Below, piece after piece: positions 45,966 to 55,816 of a DNA stretch of 64,000 nucleotides (position 1 is the first letter of the stretch; the number at the start of each line of letters is the position of its first letter). The notes beneath the pieces were generated by a model. The model was not told the origin of the DNA. It searched no databases and was given only the letters and a program-made list of their open reading frames with translations. A program made the position numbers and the translations under genes. This DNA is from a virus (lineage: Duplodnaviria; Caudoviricetes). The DNA lies in the IMG/VR virus record IMGVR_UViG_642973576_000001, positions 4,953 through 68,952 of that record, one strand, 5' to 3'.

Positions 45966-47251
45966 CAACAGAATTCAAAACCGCCGATAACGACGTAAAT
46001 CCAAGTTTCTTCATTCGCAACTCAGAGCGGGCCAGCTTCAAAGCATGCCCGCAACAGTGGGAATGGGCATGGCGCATGGGTCTCGTACCCGCCATGCCGA
46101 AGCAGGACGCACGTTGGTTCGGGTCCGGTCTGCACTTGGCACTGGCCGAGTGGTATCAGCCCGAAGGCGCAAAGAGCGGTTTCGCTCGCGGGCGAGATCC
46201 ACGCGAAACCTTCGAGGAATACTGCGGGGAGATCTACACAACCGTTGCGGCGCAACCGTTCTTCGGCGAAGAGAACGAGCGCGAATATGTCGAAGCGAAG
46301 AAGCTTGGCGTGGACATGCTCACCGGCTACCTCGAACACTACGAGCTGACAGACCCGTCTATCGAAGTGATCTTTCCGGAGTACCGGTACCTCACCAAGA
46401 TCCCGTTCAATCGCAGGCAGATTGCCGCAGATCTGCCGTTCAAGGCGAACGCTCAGAATCCGCCGAAGTTCATCGCCAAGATGGTCGGAACGTTCGACAT
46501 GGTGTTTCGCGATCAGGTGGACGGGTTCGTCAAGCTCATGGACCACAAATCTGCCAAGCAGAAGACCTCCGGCGCGCATCTGGTCAAAGACGATCAGGCC
46601 GGAACGTACATCGCCGTTTCCACAGATTTCCTCCGGAAACGCGGAATCCTGAAACCCACGGAATCCGTTGTGGGAATGACCTACAACTATCTGCGCAAGG
46701 GACGCCGCGACGAGAACGCGACATTCGATGAGCAGGGGCGCAAGCGCAACCTGCCCACCAAGCGCGACTACGCAGAAGCTCTCGCCACGCGCAACGTCGG
46801 CGTTGCCGACGAGCTGGAAAAACTGTCGAAGGCAAAGCTGGAAGAGATCGCGGCGAAAATGCCGTCGGATTTCAAGGTGTACGGCGCAGTCTCGAAAGTT
46901 CAACCGGCACCGCTGTTTTGGCGCGAAGACGTGCGTCGTTCCCGAAAGAACCGGCTCAAGCAGATCGAGCGCATTGCCGACGACGCCGAGATGATCGCAC
47001 GTGCTCGCGCAGGCGAGCTGCCGATCATGAAGAATCCCGGTGACCACTGCGCGTGGTGCGACTTCCGCGATCTGTGCGACGTTCACGAAGACCAAGAGGA
47101 CGTAGAGGGGTTCATTCGGGACGTGTTCGTACAGCGCGACCCGTACGCCGATCACCGTGACGGCGCGGTCAACTCGAAAACGTCGGCGCAGGCCGACAAG
47201 CAGGTCAAGTCCAACGTTCGCAAGGTCGATTTCGGAGGGAATTTCGGATGA
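45962..47251 (+). CDS. Cas4/RecB-like PD-(D/E)XK exonuclease
   Basis: SER..FK.CP..W, G...H..L, GTFD....DHKS, C.WC.F..LC motifs. Confidence 0.9.
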   Translation: MTTEFKTADNDVNPSFFIRNSERASFKACPQQWEWAWRMGLVPAMPKQDARWFGSGLHLALAEWYQPEGAKSGFARGRDPRETFEEYCGEIYTTVAAQPFFGEENEREYVEAKKLGVDMLTGYLEHYELTDPSIEVIFPEYRYLTKIPFNRRQIAADLPFKANAQNPPKFIAKMVGTFDMVFRDQVDGFVKLMDHKSAKQKTSGAHLVKDDQAGTYIAVSTDFLRKRGILKPTESVVGMTYNYLRKGRRDENATFDEQGRKRNLPTKRDYAEALATRNVGVADELEKLSKAKLEEIAAKMPSDFKVYGAVSKVQPAPLFWREDVRRSRKNRLKQIERIADDAEMIARARAGELPIMKNPGDHCAWCDFRDLCDVHEDQEDVEGFIRDVFVQRDPYADHRDGAVNSKTSAQADKQVKSNVRKVDFGGNFG

Positions 47252-47562
47252 CACACCCACAAGGACCGAACATAGATTTCGATGCGTATCCTCCCGAAAC
47301 CCCCTGGCGTTTCTGGAAGTTCGAGGCCGAAGACGGAACAGCTTTCGACTACGCCGCGCCGTGGTGGGGATCCGAGCAGATGGAGCAGATTCCCGACCCA
47401 TTCCGTTCAGAGCTGGAAACCGCTCGCACCCAAGCACTTTGGGTCGGTTTCGAGGCACTGTTTCGGGGCGATCTTCCGGGCTACCCGAAGGCCGTGCGCG
47501 TGATCACCGAACATCGCGGCACTCGTGACTCGCTGCCGCCGTGGTGGGGGCATCTGTCATGA
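47248..47562 (+). CDS. hypothetical protein
   Basis: Coupled start; RBS GGAGG. Confidence 0.65.
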   Translation: MTHPQGPNIDFDAYPPETPWRFWKFEAEDGTAFDYAAPWWGSEQMEQIPDPFRSELETARTQALWVGFEALFRGDLPGYPKAVRVITEHRGTRDSLPPWWGHLS

Positions 47563-47720
47563 GCGGGTTCGGGTTTCACGACGCCGACGCAGAAATCTTG
47601 CGGCGCAAGGCGATTCGGGAAGACCTCGAACGCCAGTGGATCGAAGACAAGCAGGCCGCGTTCGATGAGTGGGCAGAAGAGCAGGCCAAGATTCCCGGAA
47701 GTGGGGTTTATCGATTGTGA
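47559..47720 (+). CDS. 53-aa hypothetical protein
   Basis: ATGA and GTGA couplings on both sides. Confidence 0.55.
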   Translation: MSGFGFHDADAEILRRKAIREDLERQWIEDKQAAFDEWAEEQAKIPGSGVYRL

Positions 47721-47980
47721 ACAGAATGAACCGCAAACAGGCCGCGAAATTCGCTGCCGCACTGGCGGGTTTCGCCATCATCGGCTACGGCGTGGGAATC
47801 GTCAGTGCGTCCGAAGCGCAAGGCGCACCGGAATGCACGTTCTCCCAGCCGTATCCGGACAACCCTGTTAGAATTTGCACGGACTACGGACAGTCGTGCA
47901 GTGCGCGGATCTGCGCCTACGAGCCGGGAACTCCCGGTAGGTGGGGGACAGACGGCCACTACACCCCAAAGATCGGCTAG
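47717..47980 (+). CDS. secreted Cys-containing small protein
   Basis: Signal peptide-like N-terminus; 4 Cys; PGTPGRWG..G.YTP. Confidence 0.7.
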   Translation: MNRMNRKQAAKFAAALAGFAIIGYGVGIVSASEAQGAPECTFSQPYPDNPVRICTDYGQSCSARICAYEPGTPGRWGTDGHYTPKIG

Positions 47981-48022
47981 CCCACCAACGGGCGAAAACC
48001 GGACACAACGAATAGGAGTGAA

Positions 48023-48412
48023 ATGAAGAAAATCATCGCTACGGCTGCCGTGGGAGCGGCTGTGGCTGGCGCACTCATCACCGCGCCAACGGCGAGCGCA
48101 GACTACGTGATGGGATGCGAGCGAATCCGTTGGGGTTTCTTGGGTTCCGGTTACCGCACCATCTGCGACGGCCCGCGCCAGCCCGACGGCTCATGGGAGC
48201 GCACACGGCGCGAGTGGACGCCGGATCACTGGGCAGGCGGCTACTGTTCCGGGTCGGCGTACTACGTCAGTTGCACGCCACGGTATTTCGTGCCGGAATC
48301 GACACAGCGGCTCGAAACCTACATCGTCACTGACGCCACGATTCCGCAGGGCGGTATCGGATTGGCCCCTGAACCGGGATGGATTCCTCCGGGAACCGTC
48401 CGGATTATCTGA
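48023..48412 (+). CDS. secreted CDGP-motif protein
   Basis: Signal peptide ending APTASA; TICDGP..PDGSW.R.R motif; RBS AGGAG. Confidence 0.8.
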   Translation: MKKIIATAAVGAAVAGALITAPTASADYVMGCERIRWGFLGSGYRTICDGPRQPDGSWERTRREWTPDHWAGGYCSGSAYYVSCTPRYFVPESTQRLETYIVTDATIPQGGIGLAPEPGWIPPGTVRII

Positions 48413-48443
48413 CCGGAACACCAACGAAAGGAATCGAATCCCA

Positions 48444-49523
48444 ATGGGACTGAAAGATAAAGTGAAAAAGCTGGCTGACGCCGACGAGTACCTGAACATG
48501 CTCGTCTACGCGGACTCCGGCACCGGCAAGACGGTTCTGGCAGGATCGGACGATTCCGTTCTGTTCGCCGCTCCCGAAGATGACGGCCTGCTCTCGGCGA
48601 AGCGAATGGGTTCGCGCGCCGAGAAGTACGACATCAACGGCTGGGAAGATCTGATGGAACTCCACAAGGATCTGATGGAGTTGGTCGAAGAGGGCGAGCC
48701 GATTCCGTACAAGTGGCTCGCTATCGACTCGATCACGGAGATGCAGGCCATGTGCATGCGCTACATTCTCGCCAAGGGCAAAGCCGAGAATCCGGACAAA
48801 GACCCGGATGTTCCGCAGATCCAGGACTGGCAGCGGTACTACATCCTCTTCGAGAAGATGGTTCGCGCGTTCAACGATCTTCCGGTTAACGTGATCTGGA
48901 CGGCGTTGGCGCGCAAGGTCGAAGACGCCGACGGCAACGAGTTCATGGTCCCGGAGATTCAGGGCAAGGACTACGGTATCGCCATGAAGACGGTTTCGTA
49001 CATGACCGTCTACGGCTACATGATGCGCGAAGTGGTCGAGAAGGAAAAAGTCGATCCGGAGACCGGCGAGACCAAAAAGGTCAAGGTTCGCTCTCGGGTG
49101 ATCTACTTCGAGGACAACGGCGTGTATCGCGGCAAGGACCGCACGCTGGCTCTCGGCGCGAAATTCGTTCTCCCGCCGAAGAATGGCCTGAAGGCGATCC
49201 GCGAGGCCATCGAGAACTACGGCCAGGACAAGCCCGCCAAGGCGGCGGCTCCGGCTAAAAAGGCACCGGCGAAGAAAGCGGCTAAGAAAGCCGCACCGGC
49301 TGAACCGGCCAAGGTGGCGAATCCGGCCAACACGCCGGATGACGCTGCGGACCTGAGTGATTCGGTTCCGCAGTATGATGGTGAACCGGCGATCTCCGAT
49401 CCCGGTGGGCCACACAAGACCAGCGAGGGGTTTTCGGACACCAGCGCCGACGACGAGGACATGTTGTCCGACGAGGCTTCCAGCGATGACGAATCGCTGG
49501 ATTTGGCAGGGGTGGAAGCGTAA
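48444..49523 (+). CDS. AAA ATPase (AAA_24/Sak4-like)
   Basis: YADSGTGKT Walker A, AIDSITE Walker B, GKDR; Ala/Lys/Pro and acidic tail. Confidence 0.85.
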   Translation: MGLKDKVKKLADADEYLNMLVYADSGTGKTVLAGSDDSVLFAAPEDDGLLSAKRMGSRAEKYDINGWEDLMELHKDLMELVEEGEPIPYKWLAIDSITEMQAMCMRYILAKGKAENPDKDPDVPQIQDWQRYYILFEKMVRAFNDLPVNVIWTALARKVEDADGNEFMVPEIQGKDYGIAMKTVSYMTVYGYMMREVVEKEKVDPETGETKKVKVRSRVIYFEDNGVYRGKDRTLALGAKFVLPPKNGLKAIREAIENYGQDKPAKAAAPAKKAPAKKAAKKAAPAEPAKVANPANTPDDAADLSDSVPQYDGEPAISDPGGPHKTSEGFSDTSADDEDMLSDEASSDDESLDLAGVEA

Positions 49524-49603
49524 GCTAAAGCCGCTGTCACACAACTGAATATCTCTGTCCAAAGCAGTAACCGCAGTAACCACACAGTAAGGAACAAATC
49601 CAA

Positions 49604-50224
49604 ATGCCAACTCTGAGCTTTGGTTTCAACGATGTCAGCGACGAAATCAGCGAGGGATTCAGCGACTACGACGGTCCGCTGCCCCCGAACGGTTCGTACA
49701 CCGGCACGCTGAAGGTCGCCAAGGTCGTCGCCATGAAGAAAGATCCGTCCAAGCGCCGGATCTCGCTTCTGGTCGTGATCGATCACCCGGACTACAAGGG
49801 CTATCCGGCGTGGGGAGGGGTGAACCTCACCGAGCAGGGAATCCCCTACGTCAACCAGTGGCTCCGTTCGCTGGTTTCGTCCGAAGAGGAATTCAAGAAG
49901 ATTCACAAGGTCTTCTTCGGCAAGGGTCCGGTCGTGGACGAGAAGAAGGAGAACATCCTCAAGATCGGAACCGTCAAGATCAACTCGCCGGAGGGCGAGC
50001 TGAAGGTGAAGGTCACGCTCAAGCAGCGCACGTGGGAGGGCAAGACCACGGCGGGTGTGCAGGCGTTCCTGTCCAACGACGACGACGGCGGCGCGTCCGA
50101 CGATGAGGTCGTGGAAGAGGAAACCGAAGATCCGGACCTCGACACCGAGGCCGATGACGACGAGGACGCCGAACCGGCAGACGAGTCGATCTTCGATGAG
50201 GACGAGGAAACCGAAGAGGACTGA
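49604..50224 (+). CDS. ssDNA-binding-like protein with acidic tail
   Basis: YDGPLPP.G.Y...L pattern, very acidic C-terminus, follows the ATPase. Confidence 0.65.
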   Translation: MPTLSFGFNDVSDEISEGFSDYDGPLPPNGSYTGTLKVAKVVAMKKDPSKRRISLLVVIDHPDYKGYPAWGGVNLTEQGIPYVNQWLRSLVSSEEEFKKIHKVFFGKGPVVDEKKENILKIGTVKINSPEGELKVKVTLKQRTWEGKTTAGVQAFLSNDDDGGASDDEVVEEETEDPDLDTEADDDEDAEPADESIFDEDEETEED

Positions 50225-50248
50225 TTCCCAACGGTTTCCGTTGAAAGT

Positions 50249-50287
50249 GGGGTTGGGCGATTCGGGCAGTCGCCCAACCCCTTTCTC
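50249..50287 (+). terminator. intrinsic terminator
   Basis: GGGGTTGGGCGATT / AGTCGCCCAACCCC stem followed by TTTCT. Confidence 0.75.
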
Positions 50288-50323
50288 AAATAAATTCATT
50301 TGCATTTTCAAGAAACGGACAAG

Positions 50324-50617
50324 ATGAAAATCGAAGACCAAGCGCGACCGGGCGTGGATTCCAGCGAAGTCGAAGAGGTTTTGCTTCGAGATGGGTACTG
50401 GTATCCGGTGCGTGACAACTCATTTCGCATTTACTCCCCCGTCGAATTGACGGGACGGACGATCACGGCACGAAACAACGGAGCCTATCTACGCTTTCGA
50501 AACGCCGAGGATAACCGGTGGATCGAAGCCCCTCTTGCCTCACTGGTCGCGGTAAACTACCGAGATACGCCGTCGTGCGAGGAAGTCTCCGAAACGGACG
50601 GAGCGAAGGGGAAATGA
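50324..50617 (+). CDS. hypothetical protein
   Basis: Start follows AGAAACGGAC. Confidence 0.7.
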   Translation: MKIEDQARPGVDSSEVEEVLLRDGYWYPVRDNSFRIYSPVELTGRTITARNNGAYLRFRNAEDNRWIEAPLASLVAVNYRDTPSCEEVSETDGAKGK

Positions 50618-51015
50618 ACGTGACCAATTTGGACGAAAAAGCGATTCGGCATTTGATCGACATGCACGAAGACGCCATCGCTCAGCTCAAGGCCCAAATC
50701 GCCACTCGACCAGTCGAACCGGCTTGGCGGGGCGAGTTTCCTCCCGCTGTCGGGTTCTTTCGGTGCTGCCGGGACTACCCCGGCGACAACGCGGTGGACC
50801 GTCCATTCGTGGCGATCAGGTACGCCACCGGCACGTGGTTCATCAACCGGGGTGGTGGCGCACCGTCTGGCCCGCTGACATGGGACCAGCTACTCGACTG
50901 GATCGAGCCCTCGCACTGGGACACGATTTGTCATCTCGCGAGGGCCGAAAAGCCAAGAGTTGGCGGCGACCCTGAGCGTGTCATCACCAACCCCGATAAG
51001 CGAGCCCTAGACTGA
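50614..51015 (+). CDS. hypothetical protein
   Basis: ATGA coupling; GAAACGGACGGA upstream. Confidence 0.7.
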   Translation: MNVTNLDEKAIRHLIDMHEDAIAQLKAQIATRPVEPAWRGEFPPAVGFFRCCRDYPGDNAVDRPFVAIRYATGTWFINRGGGAPSGPLTWDQLLDWIEPSHWDTICHLARAEKPRVGGDPERVITNPDKRALD

Positions 51016-51016
51016 C

Positions 51017-54000
51017 GTGGAAGACAATAAGGCAAAAGCGCGTATGGAATTTGTTTCGTTCCATACACATTCGACGTTCAGCTACGGGGACGGATTCGGT
51101 TCAGTTGAAGCACATGTGCAAAGGGTATCTTCGCTTGGTATGTCCGCGCTGGCCCTGTCCGAACATGGAAATGTGTCGTCCCACGTCCAGCTCGAACGTG
51201 AATGTAAAAAGGCAGGAATCAAGCCGATCTTCGGAATCGAAGCTTATTTCGCTCCCGTTTCCGAGGCTAAGAGGGGACAGCTCAAAACTCATCTGACGAT
51301 CTTCGCGATGGACGAAGAGGGTTATCACAACCTCAACAAGCTCGTCACGAAAAGCTACATCGACTCGTACTACAAACCCACGGTTTCGTGGGAGAATCTG
51401 GTGAAGCACAATGCGGGTTTGGCTGTATTATCGGGATGCGCAGATTCTCTCCTATCATGCACGCTGTTGGGTGGCAAGTTCCTTGGTCCCAGAAGAGACC
51501 ATCGTAACGAAAAATCTCGGCGGCCTATGGCTGGACGTAGGCTCGTACAGCGGTTCGCAGATGTATTTGGCGACCGATTCTTTCTGGAAACTCAGCGATT
51601 TCCTGGCCTTGGTCGTACATGTGCGGTCAATGAAGAACTCGCCGCAATTAGCCGCGACACCGGAATTCCGCTTATTGCGACGGCTGACGTTCATTATCCC
51701 TACCCTCACCAAAACGTCATGCAGACGGCGCTTCATGCTGCTCATCGCGGCGGTACTGCTGCGACCCAAGACGCGGACTGGGAATACGACATCCTGCTCA
51801 CCTACCCAGAATCCGACAAGGAGATAATCGATGACCTCGTTGCCACTGGAATCTCTGAAACTGAAGCTCGTTCTGCGGTTCGCGCAACAGCTCAACTTGC
51901 TCAACGTTGCACTGTCGAACTGCCGAAAGCAAAGCCGCTCCGATTCCCTGGCGTGGACCTCACCGCAGTCCACACCGAATCTGGGCGAATCGCCGTAACG
52001 CGAAAGTTCATGTGGGACAAGCTTCGCGAAGGCTGGAAGTATCGTTGCAAGCAGCGCCCCGAATTGAAGACGCGCGCAAAGGAATACAACGACCGGCTGA
52101 AGTACGAAATGGAGACGATTGTCTCCAAAGACTTTATGGATTACTTCCTGATCAACTCAGATTTGGTGTCCTACACTAAAGATCAGGGTAAGGGCGTCGG
52201 ACCGGCTCGTGGTTCGGCGGCTGGCTCGCTGGTCTGCTATCTGTTGCGGATCACCGAAATCGATCCGCTGTACCCGGTTTTCGACAAGATGATCTTCGAG
52301 CGTTTCATCGACAAGACGCGCGAGGACATGCCGGATATCGATCTGGACTTCGATCCCGAAGCACGACCGGTGATCGTCAAGCGCGCGATCTCGCTCTATG
52401 GCCCAGAGAACGTCGCCAACGTCGGCAACCACCAAGGCTACCGGGGTGTGTCTGCGCTCAACGCGATGGCGAAGGCACATGCGTTGCCGCGCAGCGTGTT
52501 TAAGCCGATCAAGGATCGCATCCAAGACCGCACCGAAACCGACGACCGGCGCGATGACACCATTCTCGACGTGCTCGAATCCTACGGAGAAAACCCCGAA
52601 GTCGCGAAAGTTATTGAGCAGCACTACTGGTGGACCAAAGACCGCAAGCAGGTTCCCGGCCCGCTGCAACTGGCGACGTGGCTCGAAGGCGACTGCTCTG
52701 GACTAGGCGTCCACGCGGCAGGGTTCGTGATCTCGTCGGAGCCGATCCCGGAGACGTGCGCGATCTATTCGCGAGAGTCCGGATCTGGCCGAAACCGTAA
52801 GCAAGTCACGGTGATTCCGTACGACAAGCGCGACGCGGAATATCTGAACCTGCTCAAAAACGACTTTCTCGGACTGCTCACCGTCGGCGTGATCCGGCGA
52901 GCTGCCGAGATGGTCGGCATGACGATGGAAGACATGTACACGCTTCTCCCGCCAGAGGGCGACCTCCGAGACAACCGTGAATCGCGTCCGATCATCGAAC
53001 GGTTCATGAATGACGATCTCGTGGGCATCTTCCAATTCGAGGGCGGCACAACGCGTTCGGTGCTTCGTGACGTGAAGCCCACAGAGTTCCGGCACCTGGC
53101 CGACATCAACGCGCTGTCACGTCCCGGCCCGAAGTACGGTGGGCAGACAGATCGTTACATCGCCGTGAAAATGGGCGACGAGGAACTTGAGAAGATCCAC
53201 CCACTTTTTGATCAGCACGTGGACTGGACCTATGGGCAAATCGTCTATCAGGAACAGATCATGTTCATTCTTCGCGACCTGGCGGGTTTCCCGATTGAAA
53301 AGGTTCTGAAGGTCCGCAAGATCATCGGCAAAAAGCTGGGCGAGCACCAGTTCGCCGCACTGTGGGAGGACTTCAAAAACGGCTGTGCGGCAAACGGAGT
53401 CGGCGAAGATGTGGCGCTTCGGGTGTGGGCCGGTATCACCAGTGCTGCCGGTTACGCGTTCAACACCAGCCACAGCTACAGCTACTCGTGGATTGCGTGG
53501 CAATCGATGTGGCTCAAGCATCATCACCCGGCAGCGTTTTTTGCCGCTAGCCTCGAATTCAACGGCGACGGCAAAGACGACAAGCCCCGTCGGACGGCGC
53601 TGATCAAAGACACCAAGGAACACGGTCGCGACATCGCCGTTCTTCCGTTGGATCCGAACGCATCCAAGACGAACTGGTCTGTCGAAAGCGGCGCAATCCG
53701 TCCGGGTTTCGTTCAGATTCCCAAGATTGGCGAAGCGACCGCCGCCGACATCATGGCGTGGCGTGACGATCTCAACCAACAGCACGACAAGGCGTACAGG
53801 CTGCTCACGTGGGAAGACCTCATCGCGGTCAAGGGTATCGGCAAGGCCACCGTGGAGAAGATGCGCGAGTTCGCCGAGAAGGCAGACCCCTTCGAAGTCA
53901 ACAGGGTTCAGGATCAGCTTGGTGCATTCCGCAAGCAGATGGTCAACGGAGAGTTTGAGAACTCACCGCTTCCCGGCGTGGACGAGTTCTACATGTCCGA

Positions 54001-54340
54001 CGAACTGCCCGACGACGATCACATAGCGTGGGTCGGGTTCGTGGCGAACAAGGTCTTCCGGGACGAAATCGAACAGATCCGCTCGAAGACCGGCAAGAAA
54101 ATCGAAGAGATACGCGAGGAAATCAGCGACCCAGAGTTGACCAAAAAGGTCGTCATGTTCGCCTATGATGAGAACGGCGAAGTGGCGCTTCGGATTAACC
54201 GCTGGCGTCTTCCCAAGCTCATCCCTATTGTGGAGGCCGCGATAGAGGACCACCACATAGTGGTGGCGTGGGGCAAGGTGTACGAAGGCAAGTCGCGTTC
54301 GCTGCAAGTGAAGGCGATGTGGTTGTTGAATCCGGATTAG
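51017..54340 (+). CDS. dnaE: DnaE-like DNA polymerase III alpha subunit
   Basis: PHP domain (HTHSTFS, SEHG, DVHY), GPARGSAAGSLVCY, PDIDLDF, HAAG, YAFN.SH motifs. Confidence 0.97.
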   Translation: MEDNKAKARMEFVSFHTHSTFSYGDGFGSVEAHVQRVSSLGMSALALSEHGNVSSHVQLERECKKAGIKPIFGIEAYFAPVSEAKRGQLKTHLTIFAMDEEGYHNLNKLVTKSYIDSYYKPTVSWENLVKHNAGLAVLSGCADSLLSCTLLGGKFLGPRRDHRNEKSRRPMAGRRLVQRFADVFGDRFFLETQRFPGLGRTCAVNEELAAISRDTGIPLIATADVHYPYPHQNVMQTALHAAHRGGTAATQDADWEYDILLTYPESDKEIIDDLVATGISETEARSAVRATAQLAQRCTVELPKAKPLRFPGVDLTAVHTESGRIAVTRKFMWDKLREGWKYRCKQRPELKTRAKEYNDRLKYEMETIVSKDFMDYFLINSDLVSYTKDQGKGVGPARGSAAGSLVCYLLRITEIDPLYPVFDKMIFERFIDKTREDMPDIDLDFDPEARPVIVKRAISLYGPENVANVGNHQGYRGVSALNAMAKAHALPRSVFKPIKDRIQDRTETDDRRDDTILDVLESYGENPEVAKVIEQHYWWTKDRKQVPGPLQLATWLEGDCSGLGVHAAGFVISSEPIPETCAIYSRESGSGRNRKQVTVIPYDKRDAEYLNLLKNDFLGLLTVGVIRRAAEMVGMTMEDMYTLLPPEGDLRDNRESRPIIERFMNDDLVGIFQFEGGTTRSVLRDVKPTEFRHLADINALSRPGPKYGGQTDRYIAVKMGDEELEKIHPLFDQHVDWTYGQIVYQEQIMFILRDLAGFPIEKVLKVRKIIGKKLGEHQFAALWEDFKNGCAANGVGEDVALRVWAGITSAAGYAFNTSHSYSYSWIAWQSMWLKHHHPAAFFAASLEFNGDGKDDKPRRTALIKDTKEHGRDIAVLPLDPNASKTNWSVESGAIRPGFVQIPKIGEATAADIMAWRDDLNQQHDKAYRLLTWEDLIAVKGIGKATVEKMREFAEKADPFEVNRVQDQLGAFRKQMVNGEFENSPLPGVDEFYMSDELPDDDHIAWVGFVANKVFRDEIEQIRSKTGKKIEEIREEISDPELTKKVVMFAYDENGEVALRINRWRLPKLIPIVEAAIEDHHIVVAWGKVYEGKSRSLQVKAMWLLNPD

Positions 54341-54351
54341 AAAGGAATCCC

Positions 54352-54972
54352 GTGGGAAAGAAAAACAAGAACGCAGCGAAAAAGCGAGCGGATCAGCGCA
54401 GAAGGGCGCGCACCGAGGCGCGCGAACACGTGCGAGCGCAAAACCCAAACCCGGCCCCAAACCCGGCCCCAACGCCGGACATAACAAAGTTTCTGCACAG
54501 TTTTGGGCAGAAAATGAAAGAAGCCAAAGAGGCTCGCGAACGCGAGGCGCGAGAGCAGCGCCCCGGCGATGCGACTGGACAGTTGCCCAAGCCCGACTAT
54601 CAGGGCCATGAAGACGAGTACATTCACTGGCGCTGGGACGTGTGCGAAGAGGCCAGTGTGAGCGCGCGATATTACACGTCCGATTCTGCCGATGGCCGCT
54701 TCGACAAGGGCGAGTATCAGGTCGGCGTGCAGATGGTCACTCCGAGTGAGACTTTCACCCCTGACGAAGCGCGCCGTTTCGGAGAATGCCTGATCTCGGC
54801 GCACATCTGGGAGAATCGCTGGCGAGGATTCACCGGCGAATATCTCGCTAACGGCGGCTGGTCGGACGAGGCGGTGGATCGGGCCGAAATGTACGACCGC
54901 TCAATGGAGCACGAACAGCAGGTCGTAGCCGAAATGGATAGCGAACCGTTCCCCGGAACAGAGGGACAATGA
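54352..54972 (+). CDS. hypothetical protein
   Basis: RBS AGAAAGGA before GTG; basic N-terminus, NPAP repeats. Confidence 0.7.
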   Translation: MGKKNKNAAKKRADQRRRARTEAREHVRAQNPNPAPNPAPTPDITKFLHSFGQKMKEAKEAREREAREQRPGDATGQLPKPDYQGHEDEYIHWRWDVCEEASVSARYYTSDSADGRFDKGEYQVGVQMVTPSETFTPDEARRFGECLISAHIWENRWRGFTGEYLANGGWSDEAVDRAEMYDRSMEHEQQVVAEMDSEPFPGTEGQ

Positions 54973-55721
54973 ATCTCGACGGAGAAGTCACTGTTCTCGC
55001 GTTCGATCCCGGAGGCCAAACCGGCTGGGCGGCGATCACCATCCCCAAGGTCGCGCTGATCGGTGCTGTCGCTGGCTATTATGGCAAACCGCCGCTGACG
55101 ACCGCTGACCCCGAAGGCTCGTTTCTCAAGGCCGGTCCCTTGCACCGAGAAATCATTGATTTCGATTGCGGCCAAATCGACTGCGGCGTAGGCGGCGTGG
55201 GGCATGAGCTGAGCGTCGGTCGTGGGCACGGCGATCTGAACATGACCGGCGAGGGCGACGGAGTGTTTAAAATGCTCGAACTCGCCAATCGCACCTATCC
55301 AGAATCTGCCGTGATTCTGGAAGAATTCACGCTCGAACGAAACAACAAGCACGTGGATCTGCTTTATCCCGTCCGCGTGATGAGCGAGTTTTCGTTCGGT
55401 TTGCAGATGATTTACCGGGACGAGGGAGAGCCGATTCACCGGGCCGTAGAACGGATCTTCATCAACCGTCGCGTGGACGCCAAGACCGTCGTCAAAGACG
55501 ACCGGCTGCGCGAGTGGGGGTTGTACCGTCGCGACAGTGGTCCGCATGCCAGAGACGCCACACGTCACGCCTATCACTTTCTCCGGCGTTGTCGCGGCAG
55601 CGACATCAAGGCGCGAGAATTGCGCTGGCGGGCTTGGCCGGATGTGTTCGAAGATCCGGCAATCACTCAAAAGCCAAAGCGGGCAAAAAAGCTGGGCGAA
55701 CGAATTGAATTTCTGAAGTAA
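54969..55721 (+). CDS. RuvC-like Holliday junction resolvase
   Basis: VLAFDPGGQTGWA, VILEEF, HARDATRH motifs. Confidence 0.8.
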   Translation: MNLDGEVTVLAFDPGGQTGWAAITIPKVALIGAVAGYYGKPPLTTADPEGSFLKAGPLHREIIDFDCGQIDCGVGGVGHELSVGRGHGDLNMTGEGDGVFKMLELANRTYPESAVILEEFTLERNNKHVDLLYPVRVMSEFSFGLQMIYRDEGEPIHRAVERIFINRRVDAKTVVKDDRLREWGLYRRDSGPHARDATRHAYHFLRRCRGSDIKARELRWRAWPDVFEDPAITQKPKRAKKLGERIEFLK

Positions 55722-55816
55722 TCGAGAAACCGAACTCGTGTCCGCGAGTTTCGGTATAGGTCTTGCGCTTAGGCTAGCCCATAGGCTAGGCTAGAGAAGT
55801 CGAAAGGAGCACCACA

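Noticed and set aside
51480-51545. Possible compensated frameshift in dnaE (RRDHRNEKSRRPMAGRR)
   Set aside because: The frame stays open and the segment may be a variable loop; cannot be judged without an alignment.
51017-54340. Intein or intron in dnaE, helicase or primase
   Set aside because: Lengths are normal and no C...HN splice motifs or LAGLIDADG blocks were seen.
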